Below, piece after piece: positions 1 through 8,338 of a stretch of 24,000 bases of DNA (the stretch's first letter is position 1; every line of letters begins with the position of its first letter). The notes beneath the pieces are model-generated. The model searched no databases and was not told where the DNA came from. It saw only the letters and a program-made list of their open reading frames with translations. The stretch is from Pseudomonadota bacterium (lineage in GTDB: Bacteria; Pseudomonadota; Gammaproteobacteria; Xanthomonadales; Ahniellaceae): assembly GCA_034440555.1 (NCBI GenBank), contig JAWXCG010000113.1, positions 11,016 to 35,015 on the forward strand, in the 5' to 3' direction. The translations under genes were made by a program, and so were the position numbers.

Positions 1-254
1 CGGGCACGTTGATTGGCATTGAGATCCTGTACCGGCGTGCCGTTCAAGGTGTACTCGCCACCGGTGGGTGAATCGAGCAAACCCAGAATCGACAACAGTG
101 TCGATTTTCCACAACCCGAGGGTCCGGAGATCGCCACATACTCGCCTTGGCGGACGTCGACATGGATGCCCGACAATGCATGTGTCTCCACTTCATCGGT
201 GTAGAACACCTTCTTGATATCGCGCATCGTGATCAGGGCAGCTGCGTTGCTCAT
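1..254 (-). CDS. ABC transporter ATP-binding protein (MacB/LolD-like ATPase), 5' part only; the gene runs off the left edge
   Basis: Reverse-strand reading from ATG (254-252) gives MSNAAALITMRDIKKVFYTDEVETHALSGIHVDVRQGEYVAISGPSGCGKSTLLSILGLLDSPTGGEYTLNGTPV... It has a Walker A motif GPSGCGKST and a GAGGAAG Shine-Dalgarno 7 nt upstream. It is absent from the ORF track only because the window edge truncates it. It lies directly downstream of an HlyD-type adaptor gene. Confidence 0.85.
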   Translation of the reverse strand, partial: MSNAAALITMRDIKKVFYTDEVETHALSGIHVDVRQGEYVAISGPSGCGKSTLLSILGLLDSPTGGEYTLNGTPVQDLNANQRA

Positions 255-353
255 TGTCGTACTTCCTCGTGTTGAATTCTTTGCTGGAAGCGGCCCAGGC
301 CGCGATCGGTTTTCTTGGAATGCATCGCGGCTCATGCCGCTCCGACCGTCGGG

Positions 354-1607
354 TCATTCAAGCTTCAGTCGATCGTTGCGGTCCCACTGCGATGTATCGG
401 AGAGAATTACTTGATCACCCGGTTTCAATCCCTGCACTACTTCGATCAAATTGACCGAGGCGCGACCCAATCGCACCGGCACACGGGTTGCCACCATGCT
501 TCCCGGATCGATTCGAAACAACGTGGTATCGGAACCCGTTTGACCGTAGGCCGGACGCCCGACGTAGATGACATCATTAAGCCGCTCGATCTCGATGGTG
601 CCGTCGACTGACAAATCCGGGCGCGCGCCTTCGGGCAACGCACCGATCAAGTCCACGTCAACTTGCACGTTGCCGTCGATCACCGCAGGATCAATGCGCG
701 TCACCGTGCCTTCGACGATGCCGTTGCGTGTATCGACGGACACGCTCAAACCCAAGGTGATGTCTTTGGCCTGGGTCTCGGCGATGCGTAGCTCGGCCAT
801 CAAAACGTTGGGTACTGCGACGCGGGCGAGGTTGGCTCCAGCGATTACCTGGGCACCCTCTTGCACTGGCACCTGCTGCAAGACTCCAGCAATGCCCGCC
901 TTGACGCGCAGCGCATCTGCTTGGCGTTCACGCAAAGCGGTGGTGTTTTGCAATTGCTCGATGCGCGCGCGGTCGGCGGCCAGCTGTGCCTGCATCGTGC
1001 TGGCGAATTTGCTCGCGCGCTCTTTCTCGATATCGATGCGAATCTTCAAACTGTCGGCGGTGAGCTGCGTGCGCCGATAATTGATGTCGGAAATAATGCC
1101 TTTCTTGTTGAGGTCAGCTTCGGCTTCGGCCTGCAGGCGCGACGCTTCGTAGTCCGCTTCGATGCTGGCCGTTGTCGCTTTCTGGTCCAGTTGCTGACTC
1201 TCCAGCGTCATGCGCCGGGCAGCGTAGTCGGCTTGCGCAGCAGTCAGTGCGGCGCGCGCAGCCAGCACGGCGTCCACTACTTCTGGGTTGCTGAGTTCCA
1301 GGACTATGGTATCCGCTGTCACCACTGCGCCCGGCTTGACTACAATGCGTTCAACGCGCGCGGTCGTCTCGGCCGCGATCCAGCGCACCTCTTTGGGCAC
1401 CAGGATGCCGGGGCCGCGCACTTCGCGTTTCATTTCTCCACGTTTTACCGTGTCGGTCCAAATGGTCGACTTTTCGACCTTGAGCGCGGCTGGATCCATC
1501 GTCGACGCAGCGAAAGCGAGCGTGGCCGCTGCGGCAATGGCCGCGGCGATCGTCCAGCGTTGGCGGAGGCGTTTGGCTTTGAGTAAGTCGGGTCGGGCTA
1601 TGTCCAT
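354..1607 (-). CDS. HlyD/MacA-family periplasmic adaptor (membrane fusion protein) of an ABC-type efflux system
   Basis: Track ORF 354..1865 (-). I trim the start to the ATG at 1607 (MDIARPDLLKAKRLRQRW followed by the hydrophobic anchor TIAAAIAAAATLAFAA). The 86 upstream codons are Arg/Ser-rich and cross the divergent promoter region. The body has adaptor architecture: barrel/lipoyl-like segments flank a long Ala/Gln/Arg-rich coiled-coil hairpin (AARAALTAAQADYAARRMTLESQQLDQ...QAQLAADRARIEQLQN). No clear SD at this start, so the start is less certain than the gene. Confidence 0.8.
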   Translation of the reverse strand: MDIARPDLLKAKRLRQRWTIAAAIAAAATLAFAASTMDPAALKVEKSTIWTDTVKRGEMKREVRGPGILVPKEVRWIAAETTARVERIVVKPGAVVTADTIVLELSNPEVVDAVLAARAALTAAQADYAARRMTLESQQLDQKATTASIEADYEASRLQAEAEADLNKKGIISDINYRRTQLTADSLKIRIDIEKERASKFASTMQAQLAADRARIEQLQNTTALRERQADALRVKAGIAGVLQQVPVQEGAQVIAGANLARVAVPNVLMAELRIAETQAKDITLGLSVSVDTRNGIVEGTVTRIDPAVIDGNVQVDVDLIGALPEGARPDLSVDGTIEIERLNDVIYVGRPAYGQTGSDTTLFRIDPGSMVATRVPVRLGRASVNLIEVVQGLKPGDQVILSDTSQWDRNDRLKLE

Positions 1608-1954
1608 GGACGCAATGACGCAATCGTCGTGCCAATCAGTTTTGCGCGCCAAGTCATTGTAAAGATGAATGTTTATTTCGGCGCGCAGAGCAAGTGTTCG
1701 GGTCTCTGTCCAGAACCGAACACGCCTTCCGCGCGTTTGAACACTGCCATCGGTGTTGCCCGCTGTGCTGCGCTCGTCGCCAGCGCCTGACACGTTCTTG
1801 AAGCGTGCGTCGTGCATTGAACTTGTCGAATTTCGGTTCGGCTTGAATCTGACTGGCGGCCACAAGATGAATGTCCGTGTTGTCGCGGGTCGAACACTGT
1901 TGGCACCGCCCCGCCCCGGAGTTAGTCTGCAGTCCTCAGTGAAGGGGAAGCGCG

Positions 1955-4519
1955 ATGACCAGTGTCCTGCTCGCGGAATCGTCGACCACGCGGCGGCGCG
2001 CGATGTCGGCGGTGCTCTCTGGTGCCGGTTTCACTGTGCATCCACTGAACAGCTTCGAGGAGGCACATGCCTTTCTCGAACGCATGCCACGCTCCTCCAG
2101 CGAGATCGGTGCCGTCGCAGTCGGCTGGCCGGATTACGGCGAGCCCAAGGCTGACGAGATCTTCGACATGCTCACTCGCGATGCCTACGAGCACTTGCCG
2201 GTGCTGGTGCTTGCCGATTCCAACAGTCCCGGCGCGGTCAACTGGATGATGAAGCGGCCGCGTGTCGCGCTGTTGAACTGGGGTGATTACCACGATGCTG
2301 GCGAAGCGCTGAACAAGCTATTGCGCCCAACGCGCACTGCGGCCATGGTTTTGGATGGTGCAGACACTACCGGTCTGCGGGTACTTCTGGTTGATGATTC
2401 CGCCACGGTACGACTTGCTTTCCAGAAGCTGCTGAGCAAACAGGGCTATCAAGTAGAAATTGCCTCCAGCGTCGAGGAAGGCCGCAAGAAAATGGTCGAT
2501 GGCAGCTTTGACATCGTCGTCACTGACTATTTCATGCCCAATGAAAACGGACCGGAGCTGATCCGGGCGATCAAGTCGACGCCGTCAACCCGCAGTGTGA
2601 TCTGCGCCGTGATTACCGGCACCTATTCCGACCAGGTGATCAACGACTCGTTGGCTTCGGGCGCGGTCGAGTGCATGTTCAAAAGCGAGTCAAAGGAACT
2701 GTTTCTGGCGCGATTGCATTCGCTGGCGCGCATGGTGATTGATCGCAAGATGGTCGATGCCGAGCGCCGGCGTCTGGAGGGAATTCTCGCCTCCGTTGGC
2801 GACGGCGTGTATGGAGTGGATCGCGCCGGCATTATCCAGTTCGTCAATCCCGCTGCTGTTGACCTGCTCGGCTACGCCTCGGCGCCCGATCTGGTCGGAA
2901 GCTCGGCCTACGAGAAATTTCACCACGCGTTTGAGAACGGCGCGCCGATGCCGCGCGCCGCTTGTTTTCTCACGCAGTGTTATCAGAACGGGTCGCAGGT
3001 GCCGAACTGGCAGACGCTGTTCATCACCGCGACGCGCCGTCCGATACCGGTGGAATGCACGGTGTTTCCGATGAATGTCGATGGCGTGCGCCAAGGTTCG
3101 GTGATCGCGTTCCGCGATGTCTCCGCGCGTCGCGTTCTGGAAGAGGAACTGCGCTGGCAGGCCAGCCATGACTCGCTGACCAAGCTCAACAACCGCGCCT
3201 TCTTCGAAAGCCAGCTCGAGCAGGAAGTCACCCGGCTCAAGCGCACTGATCAGACCTCGCTGCTGTTGTTTATCGACGTTGACCGCTTCAAATACATCAA
3301 CGACACCGCCGGGCACAGCGCCGGCGATCAATTGCTGATCGAAGTCAGCGCGCGGCTGAAGTCGCGCCTGCGTCAGTCAGATCATCTGGCGCGCATGGGC
3401 GGTGATGAGTACGCAATCATTCTGCGCAACGTCACCAGCGCCGACATCGACTCGATGGCCGATGAATTCCGCCGAGCGTTGACTGCAACCAGCTTCGTCT
3501 ATGCCGGCAAGAGCTACCGCATCACGGTATCGATCGGTGTGGCGCGCATGGACCGACTCACCGAATCCCCGGCCGAGGCAATGGCCCACGCCGACATCGC
3601 CTGCTATATCGCCAAGAATGGAGGCCGCAACCAGACCCATGTGTTCTCGCCCGAGTCTGACGAGCGCGCGTCAATGGACAAAGAGCTGGGATGGTCGGCG
3701 CGCCTGGAGGAAGCCCTGCGCACCGATGGCTTTGTGCTGAGCTATCAACCTATCGTGCCGCTCAGCGATTTCGCGCAGCAGGCCAGCACCGTCGCTGGAC
3801 AGCGGCTGGAGCCTTACTTCGAAGTGTTGCTGCGTCTGCGCGACACGCAAGGCCGTCTGCTTTCACCCGATTCCTTCCTGCCCACCGCTGAGCGCTTCGG
3901 CATGATGCAGGACATTGACCGTTGGGTCATACACAATGCCTTCAAGGCGCTGCGCGAGATCAATCGCCAGGGTCGGCGCGTGCGGCTCTCGATCAATCTT
4001 TCCGCACAATCGCTGATCAATGCGGCGACGGCTGGCCTGGTCACCGACAAGCTGGTCGAGTTCGACGTCGATGCGCGTCAGATCGTTTTCGAAATCACCG
4101 AATCGCGCGCAGTCAGCAACCTTGAGGCAGCCCGATCACTGATCGGCCATCTGCGTGCACTTGGCTGCCAGTTTGCCTTGGACGACTTCGGCGTGGGCTT
4201 CTCTACTTTCAGCCACCTCAAGCACCTCGACGTCGATTACCTCAAGATCGACGGCTCGTTTATCCAGGGGTTGCTGGAAGACAAGATCGATCAGGCCGTG
4301 GTCAAGGCAATCACCGGCATCGCGCATAGCGTCGGCAAGCGCACCATCGCCGAATTTGTCGACCGCCCGCAAATCCTGCCCCTGCTGCGCGAATGCCAGG
4401 TCGATTATCTGCAAGGCTATTTCATTGGCGAGCCGCAGGTCGGCCTCGAGCGCGCGCTGCCGTTTGCGCAACCCGAAGCGGTCAATGTTCAAACGCCGGA
4501 GATCAAGCTGGCGGGCTGA
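1955..4519 (+). CDS. Response-regulator-type c-di-GMP turnover protein: pseudo-receiver + REC + PAS + GGDEF + EAL
   Basis: 854-aa ORF with an AAGGGGA SD 7 nt before ATG 1955. Domains read from the translation: (1) an N-terminal receiver-like domain lacking the acidic pocket and phospho-Asp (LLAES..., AVAVGW); (2) a canonical REC (RVLLVDDSATVR ... FDIVVTDYFMP); (3) PAS (LEGILASVGDGVYGVDRAGIIQFVNPAA); (4) a GGDEF domain with I-site RQSD five residues before GGDEY (nt 3371-3412); (5) an EAL domain with EVL (3821-3829), SINLS, EITES, DDFGVGFS, KID, QGY. Confidence 0.9.
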   Translation: MTSVLLAESSTTRRRAMSAVLSGAGFTVHPLNSFEEAHAFLERMPRSSSEIGAVAVGWPDYGEPKADEIFDMLTRDAYEHLPVLVLADSNSPGAVNWMMKRPRVALLNWGDYHDAGEALNKLLRPTRTAAMVLDGADTTGLRVLLVDDSATVRLAFQKLLSKQGYQVEIASSVEEGRKKMVDGSFDIVVTDYFMPNENGPELIRAIKSTPSTRSVICAVITGTYSDQVINDSLASGAVECMFKSESKELFLARLHSLARMVIDRKMVDAERRRLEGILASVGDGVYGVDRAGIIQFVNPAAVDLLGYASAPDLVGSSAYEKFHHAFENGAPMPRAACFLTQCYQNGSQVPNWQTLFITATRRPIPVECTVFPMNVDGVRQGSVIAFRDVSARRVLEEELRWQASHDSLTKLNNRAFFESQLEQEVTRLKRTDQTSLLLFIDVDRFKYINDTAGHSAGDQLLIEVSARLKSRLRQSDHLARMGGDEYAIILRNVTSADIDSMADEFRRALTATSFVYAGKSYRITVSIGVARMDRLTESPAEAMAHADIACYIAKNGGRNQTHVFSPESDERASMDKELGWSARLEEALRTDGFVLSYQPIVPLSDFAQQASTVAGQRLEPYFEVLLRLRDTQGRLLSPDSFLPTAERFGMMQDIDRWVIHNAFKALREINRQGRRVRLSINLSAQSLINAATAGLVTDKLVEFDVDARQIVFEITESRAVSNLEAARSLIGHLRALGCQFALDDFGVGFSTFSHLKHLDVDYLKIDGSFIQGLLEDKIDQAVVKAITGIAHSVGKRTIAEFVDRPQILPLLRECQVDYLQGYFIGEPQVGLERALPFAQPEAVNVQTPEIKLAG

Positions 4520-4539
4520 ACGCGTAACTTAAATACGTA

Positions 4540-4745
4540 GACTACGGTGCCCTCTGCGTTGGCCGTTGGTAGCAGCGATCCCGGCTGCGATAGCGAACAG
4601 GGTACGCTGCCACAACCGCAGTTTTGAGACAGCGCACTGCGGCGCTTGCGGCGACTCTAGCTAACCTCTGAACAAGTCCGGAGCCGCGATAGCCCCCTGA
4701 GTCAGGGGGCGAAAAACCGCAGGTTTTTAGGGGTTTGGCAAGCAA
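4540..4745. repeat. Structured intergenic element with an internal ~100-bp imperfect duplication and GC-rich hairpins (candidate sRNA or REP-like element; strand unknown)
   Basis: It lies in the 305-bp spacer between two convergent genes. Direct repeats: CCGG-CTGCGATAGC (4581-4594) vs CCGGAGCCGCGATAGC (4678-4693), and AACCGCAGTTTT (4614-4625) vs AACCGCAGGTTTTT (4715-4728). Hairpins: CCGCAGT(4616-4622)/ACTGCGG(4636-4642), GCCCCCT(4692-4698)-GAGTC-AGGGGGC(4704-4710), and AAAAACC-GCA-GGTTTTT (4712-4728). The 67-aa track ORF here (4542..4745 -) has no coding character. Confidence 0.3.
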
Positions 4746-4824
4746 TAAGGCGTGTGGCGAAGACGCAGTGGTGACTCATTCAGACCTTCCCTAGGCAGGC
4801 ACGAACCACTGTCCCGCATTCGAT

Positions 4825-6807
4825 TTACCAATGCACCCCACGCATCAGTGATGCGAACGCTATCTGCTCGTTGCTCGCAGCCTCATCCCTGCCCTTCATG
4901 CCCTTGGCAGCGGCGCTATCCGGGAACAGGGTGAAGGCCGTGTTCATGACGACTTCGTAGGCCTTCGGCGCAATGGCGCTGAGCGTCGCGGCGAAGATGC
5001 CAGTGCGGGTGGCAACGCGTGACGGGCGTTCAATGATGGCCTTGACGATAAGGTCGGCGGCTTCCTCGGGCGAGAGTGTCGGAACGCTTTCGTACATCTT
5101 GGTCGGTGCGATCATGGCGGTGCGCACCAGTGGCATGTTGATCGTGGTGAAACTGATGTTGAGGTCGCTGAACTCGGATTGCGCACAGCGCGAAAATGCA
5201 TCCAGCGCCGCTTTGGACGCGACATAGGCGGAGAAGCGCGGCGAGCTGGCGAGCACGCCGATCGAGCTGATGTTGATGATGTGGCCGCGCTTGCGTTCGG
5301 TCATCTTGGGTAACAGCCCCATGATCAGCCGCAGACTGCCAAAATAGTTGAGCTGCATGGTGCGTTCGAAATCATGGAAGCGGTCGTAACTGAGTGCGAT
5401 CGATCGACGGATGGAACGCCCCGCATTGTTGATCAGCACGTCCACGTGGCCGTGTTCGGCCAGAATCGTCTTGACCAGCTCGTCGCAACTTTTCATGTCG
5501 GTGAGGTCGGCAGAATAGGTAAAGCATTGCCCGCCTTCCTTGTCGATATCAATTTTGGCGGCAGCCAGTTCGTCCTGTCCGCGCGCGACAATAATGACCT
5601 TGCCCTTGGCGGCAGCGACTTTCATCGCAGCGGCCTTGCCGATGCCGGCGGAACCGCCGGTGATCATCACTACCCTGCCCTTGACGCGGCCTTCGAGTGA
5701 ACGATCGACGAACAGTTCTGGATCCAGATGGCGCTCCCAGTGATCCCACAACCGCCATGCGTAGGTCTCAAGCGCTGGCACTTTGATCTTGCTGCCGCGT
5801 AACGCTCGTTCGGTTTCCCGGTTGTCGTAGCGAGTGGGGTTGCTGGCGAATTTAAGCGCGTCGCGCGGAATACCAAGATCCTTGAGTATCTGGGTGGTGA
5901 AGCGCTTGATCGGTGGCAAGTTGGCAATCGCCCCACGAATCATTGGAGGAATCACCGCAAACATGCGCGAGTCGATGCGCATGGTCATCTCCGGTGCATG
6001 CGCTGCTCGTGCAAACGTGTTGAGCAGCTCGCCAACACGCAACGGCTCTGGATCGACCAGTTGGAAACAGCCACCATCCAGCCCCGGCTTGTGCGCGATA
6101 TGGTCCATGGCATTGACGACGAAATCGACCGGAACGATATTGACGCGCGCGCCTTCGATGCCAATCGTGGGCATCCACGCCGGCAGGGTTTGGCGCATTT
6201 TCTTGATCAACGTGAAGAAGTAATACGGGCCGTCGATCTTGTCGATCTCGCCAGTTTGGGAATGACCAACGACGATGCCCGGGCGGTAGATACGAAACGG
6301 AATCCTGCAGCTCTTGCGCACCAATCCTTCGGAATCGTGCTTGGTGCGGAAGTACGGATGCTCCAGGCCCTCGGCCTCTTCAAACATGTCTTCCTTGAAC
6401 ACCCCATTATAGGTGCCGGCCGCGGCGATTGAACTGGTGTGATGAAAGCAGCCCGCCTTGATCATTTCGGCGAGCTGGATCGCATGCTGGGTGCCATCAA
6501 CGTTGACATGCACGTTGGTGACTTCATCGGCGGTCACGTCATAGATGGCGGCAAGATGAAAAAAGTGTTTGATCTTGCCGCTGAGCAGCTTGATGTTGGC
6601 GGGCGTCAGGCCAAGTTTTGCCTTGGTCAGGTCGCCGACAATGGGAACAATGGCACCCTTCTCGGCACCGAGGCTTTCGATCAGTGCGTCCATTTTTGCG
6701 ACTGAGTTCTTGCGCACCAGCGCGTATATCTTGCCGCGCCGCTTGAGCAGATTCTGCAGCAGATGACGGCCGATGAATCCCGTTGCGCCAGTCACAAAAT
6801 AGGTCAT
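4825..6807 (-). CDS. Two-domain fatty acyl-CoA/fatty aldehyde reductase (N-terminal NAD-binding 'male sterility'-type reductase fused to a C-terminal short-chain dehydrogenase; Marinobacter Maqu_2507 type)
   Basis: Track ORF 4825..6906 (-). I place the start at ATG 6807 (MTYFVTGATGFIGRHL...), which has a GAAGGGGA SD upstream. This gives 660 aa. The N-terminal domain has the Rossmann motif GATGFIG and FRIYRPGIVVGHSQTGEIDKIDGPYYF. The C-terminal domain has GGSAGIG and the SDR catalytic YVASK (YxxxK). Length, domain order and many sequence blocks match my memory of the 661-aa Marinobacter wax-ester pathway reductase. Confidence 0.9.
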   Translation of the reverse strand: MTYFVTGATGFIGRHLLQNLLKRRGKIYALVRKNSVAKMDALIESLGAEKGAIVPIVGDLTKAKLGLTPANIKLLSGKIKHFFHLAAIYDVTADEVTNVHVNVDGTQHAIQLAEMIKAGCFHHTSSIAAAGTYNGVFKEDMFEEAEGLEHPYFRTKHDSEGLVRKSCRIPFRIYRPGIVVGHSQTGEIDKIDGPYYFFTLIKKMRQTLPAWMPTIGIEGARVNIVPVDFVVNAMDHIAHKPGLDGGCFQLVDPEPLRVGELLNTFARAAHAPEMTMRIDSRMFAVIPPMIRGAIANLPPIKRFTTQILKDLGIPRDALKFASNPTRYDNRETERALRGSKIKVPALETYAWRLWDHWERHLDPELFVDRSLEGRVKGRVVMITGGSAGIGKAAAMKVAAAKGKVIIVARGQDELAAAKIDIDKEGGQCFTYSADLTDMKSCDELVKTILAEHGHVDVLINNAGRSIRRSIALSYDRFHDFERTMQLNYFGSLRLIMGLLPKMTERKRGHIINISSIGVLASSPRFSAYVASKAALDAFSRCAQSEFSDLNISFTTINMPLVRTAMIAPTKMYESVPTLSPEEAADLIVKAIIERPSRVATRTGIFAATLSAIAPKAYEVVMNTAFTLFPDSAAAKGMKGRDEAASNEQIAFASLMRGVHW

Positions 6808-6927
6808 TGCATTCCCCTTCGTTTGATTGCGCCCGCGGCGGGCCGCCCAGATAGTATGTTGCAACGCGGCATTGGATGCAGCGACGCCGGGGCTAACGAT
6901 AGCCATGCGCGCGCGGGATGCCTAGTG

Positions 6928-6965
6928 GTCGATACAACATGTAGTCGATACAACATGTAGTCGAT
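6928..6965. promoter_or_regulatory. 16-bp tandem direct repeat (2.4 copies of GTCGATACAACATGTA), each copy containing the near-palindrome ACAACATGTAGT; candidate operator pair in the divergent reductase/ACBP promoter region
   Basis: Copies read directly at 6928-6943, 6944-6959 and a partial copy at 6960-6965. The 12-bp near-palindromes lie at 6934-6945 and 6950-6961, with 5 of 6 symmetric pairs around the ACA|TGT centre. The repeat sits in the 320-bp spacer between the divergent starts at 6807 (-) and 7128 (+). Confidence 0.6.
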
Positions 6966-7127
6966 GCACTATGGGTGTACGTTGAGGCATAAAACCGGAG
7001 GGTATGGTTAATCTGCGGCTGAAGCCGCTCCCAAAGGCTGTCTGTGGATTTCCATCCCCGGTTGCGTTGACCGGTTTCGCGGCAGCGTGCTACAAGCCGC
7101 CTACCGCCACTGCAACCGGAGCGCATC

Positions 7128-7385
7128 ATGGCCGATCTCAAGAAGTCGTTCGAAGAAGCCGCAAAGAAGGCGCTGAATCTGAAGGACCGACCGGACAACG
7201 ACACGATGCTGAAACTGTATGCGCTCTACAAGCAGGGTGCGTCGGGGGATGTCACCGGTGAGAAGCCCGGGTTCTTCGATTTTGTGGGTGTGGCGAAATA
7301 CGAGGCCTGGGCCAAGCTCAAGGGCACCGCTCAGGAAGCAGCGCAGAAACAGTACGTGGACTTGGTCAAAAAGCTGGCAGGTTGA
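7128..7385 (+). CDS. Acyl-CoA-binding protein (ACBP)
   Basis: 85 aa with a GGAG SD 7 nt upstream. ACBP hallmarks: LKLYALYKQGASGDV and KYEAWAKLKGTAQEAAQKQYVDLV, in the size and layout of the four-helix ACBP fold. Confidence 0.92.
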   Translation: MADLKKSFEEAAKKALNLKDRPDNDTMLKLYALYKQGASGDVTGEKPGFFDFVGVAKYEAWAKLKGTAQEAAQKQYVDLVKKLAG

Positions 7386-7564
7386 GCAATCGCAATGTCG
7401 CTGTTGTGATCGCGGCATCCAGCTGCGAGCCGCCATTGCACTAGCAAGCTCGCCACCGACTTTGCCGTCGACTGCTGCGCATTGAAGACAGCCCCACACG
7501 TGACCACCGTTGTGGTATTCATTGTGTCGCGCGCCATGCGGGCGCTGCTGATAGGGCAAGTGCA

Positions 7565-8242
7565 ATGGCAACCAAGGCCAAGACCAGTAGCAGCGGTGTA
7601 GCGTCAGCGGGCGCATCGAAAACGCGCGACCGCATCCTCGATGTGAGTCTGACGATGTTCAACGATCGCGGAGAGCCAAACGTAACCACCAATCACATTG
7701 CCGACGAGCTGGAGATCAGTCCGGGCAATCTGTATTACCATTTTCGCAATAAGGATGACATCGTCGAGCACCTGTTTGCACGGTACGAAACCCGCATTGA
7801 CCAGGTGCTGATCGTTCCGGACGAGCGCCTGCCGACGCTGGAAGACATCTGGATGCAACTGCACATGGCGTTTGAAACTATGTGGGAGTTCCGCTTCATT
7901 TACCGCGACCTGGTCGATCTGACCAGCCGCAACCGCAAGTTGCGCATGCACTTCGCCAGAATCATCAAGCGTGCCACGGCGAACGCAGCCGAAGTATTAA
8001 AAGGATTGACGGCTTCGGAAGTCATGCGCGCCAGCCGCGACGAGATCCAGGCCACAGCGAATAATATTATCCTGGTGGCAACGTTTTGGCTGAGCTTCAA
8101 CTCAGTGCGCGGCGGCATGCTCGAGAAGGGCCAGGACGATCTGACCCAGGGCATTCACCAGGTAATGATGCTGATTGCGCCATTCCTTCGCGATGCAGAG
8201 CGCCTGCATCTGAACAACCTGGCGAGCGGCTACGTTCGTTGA
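7565..8242 (+). CDS. TetR/AcrR-family transcriptional regulator, PhaD-like
   Basis: 225 aa. N-terminal HTH: TRDRILDVSLTMFNDRGEPNVTTNHIADELEISPGNLYYHFRNKDDIVEHLF. The ISPGNLYYHF block, the C-terminal IHQVMMLIAPFL block and the convergent phasin gene resemble my memory of Pseudomonas PhaD. The PhaD assignment is inference. Confidence 0.88.
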   Translation: MATKAKTSSSGVASAGASKTRDRILDVSLTMFNDRGEPNVTTNHIADELEISPGNLYYHFRNKDDIVEHLFARYETRIDQVLIVPDERLPTLEDIWMQLHMAFETMWEFRFIYRDLVDLTSRNRKLRMHFARIIKRATANAAEVLKGLTASEVMRASRDEIQATANNIILVATFWLSFNSVRGGMLEKGQDDLTQGIHQVMMLIAPFLRDAERLHLNNLASGYVR

Positions 8243-8338
8243 GCGCGAATTGGAAGCTGGTCAAGGCGCACCTGGTCAAGGTGCAGCCGGACCAGGAGCG
8301 GCGTCCGGCCGCTCACAAATCCCGGAATCGCTCCGCTG

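Noticed and set aside
254-335. Upstream in-frame ATG (335) that would add 27 residues to the ABC ATPase and nearly close the gap to the HlyD gene
   Set aside because: The extension (MSRDAFQENRSRPGPLPAKNSTRGSTT) is low-complexity and unlike ABC N-termini. ATG 254 has a strong GAGGAAG SD at ideal spacing.
4520-4824. Possible identity of the structured spacer as 6S RNA, SRP (4.5S) RNA or tmRNA
   Set aside because: I compared it by eye with the E. coli sequences from memory. Only short coincidences were found (AAAACUGCG on the minus strand, GAGCCG..AUA on the plus strand). There is no SRP GGAA tetraloop/symmetric-loop motif and there are no tmRNA ends. I could not build a convincing 6S-type closing stem and central bubble. 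It is kept only as an unclassified candidate.
6928-6965. The tandem repeat as a CRISPR remnant, minisatellite or mobile-element end
   Set aside because: It has only 2.4 contiguous copies with no spacers. There are no flanking inverted repeats or target duplications, and no transposase, integrase or cas genes in the window. A regulatory operator or slippage duplication fits better.
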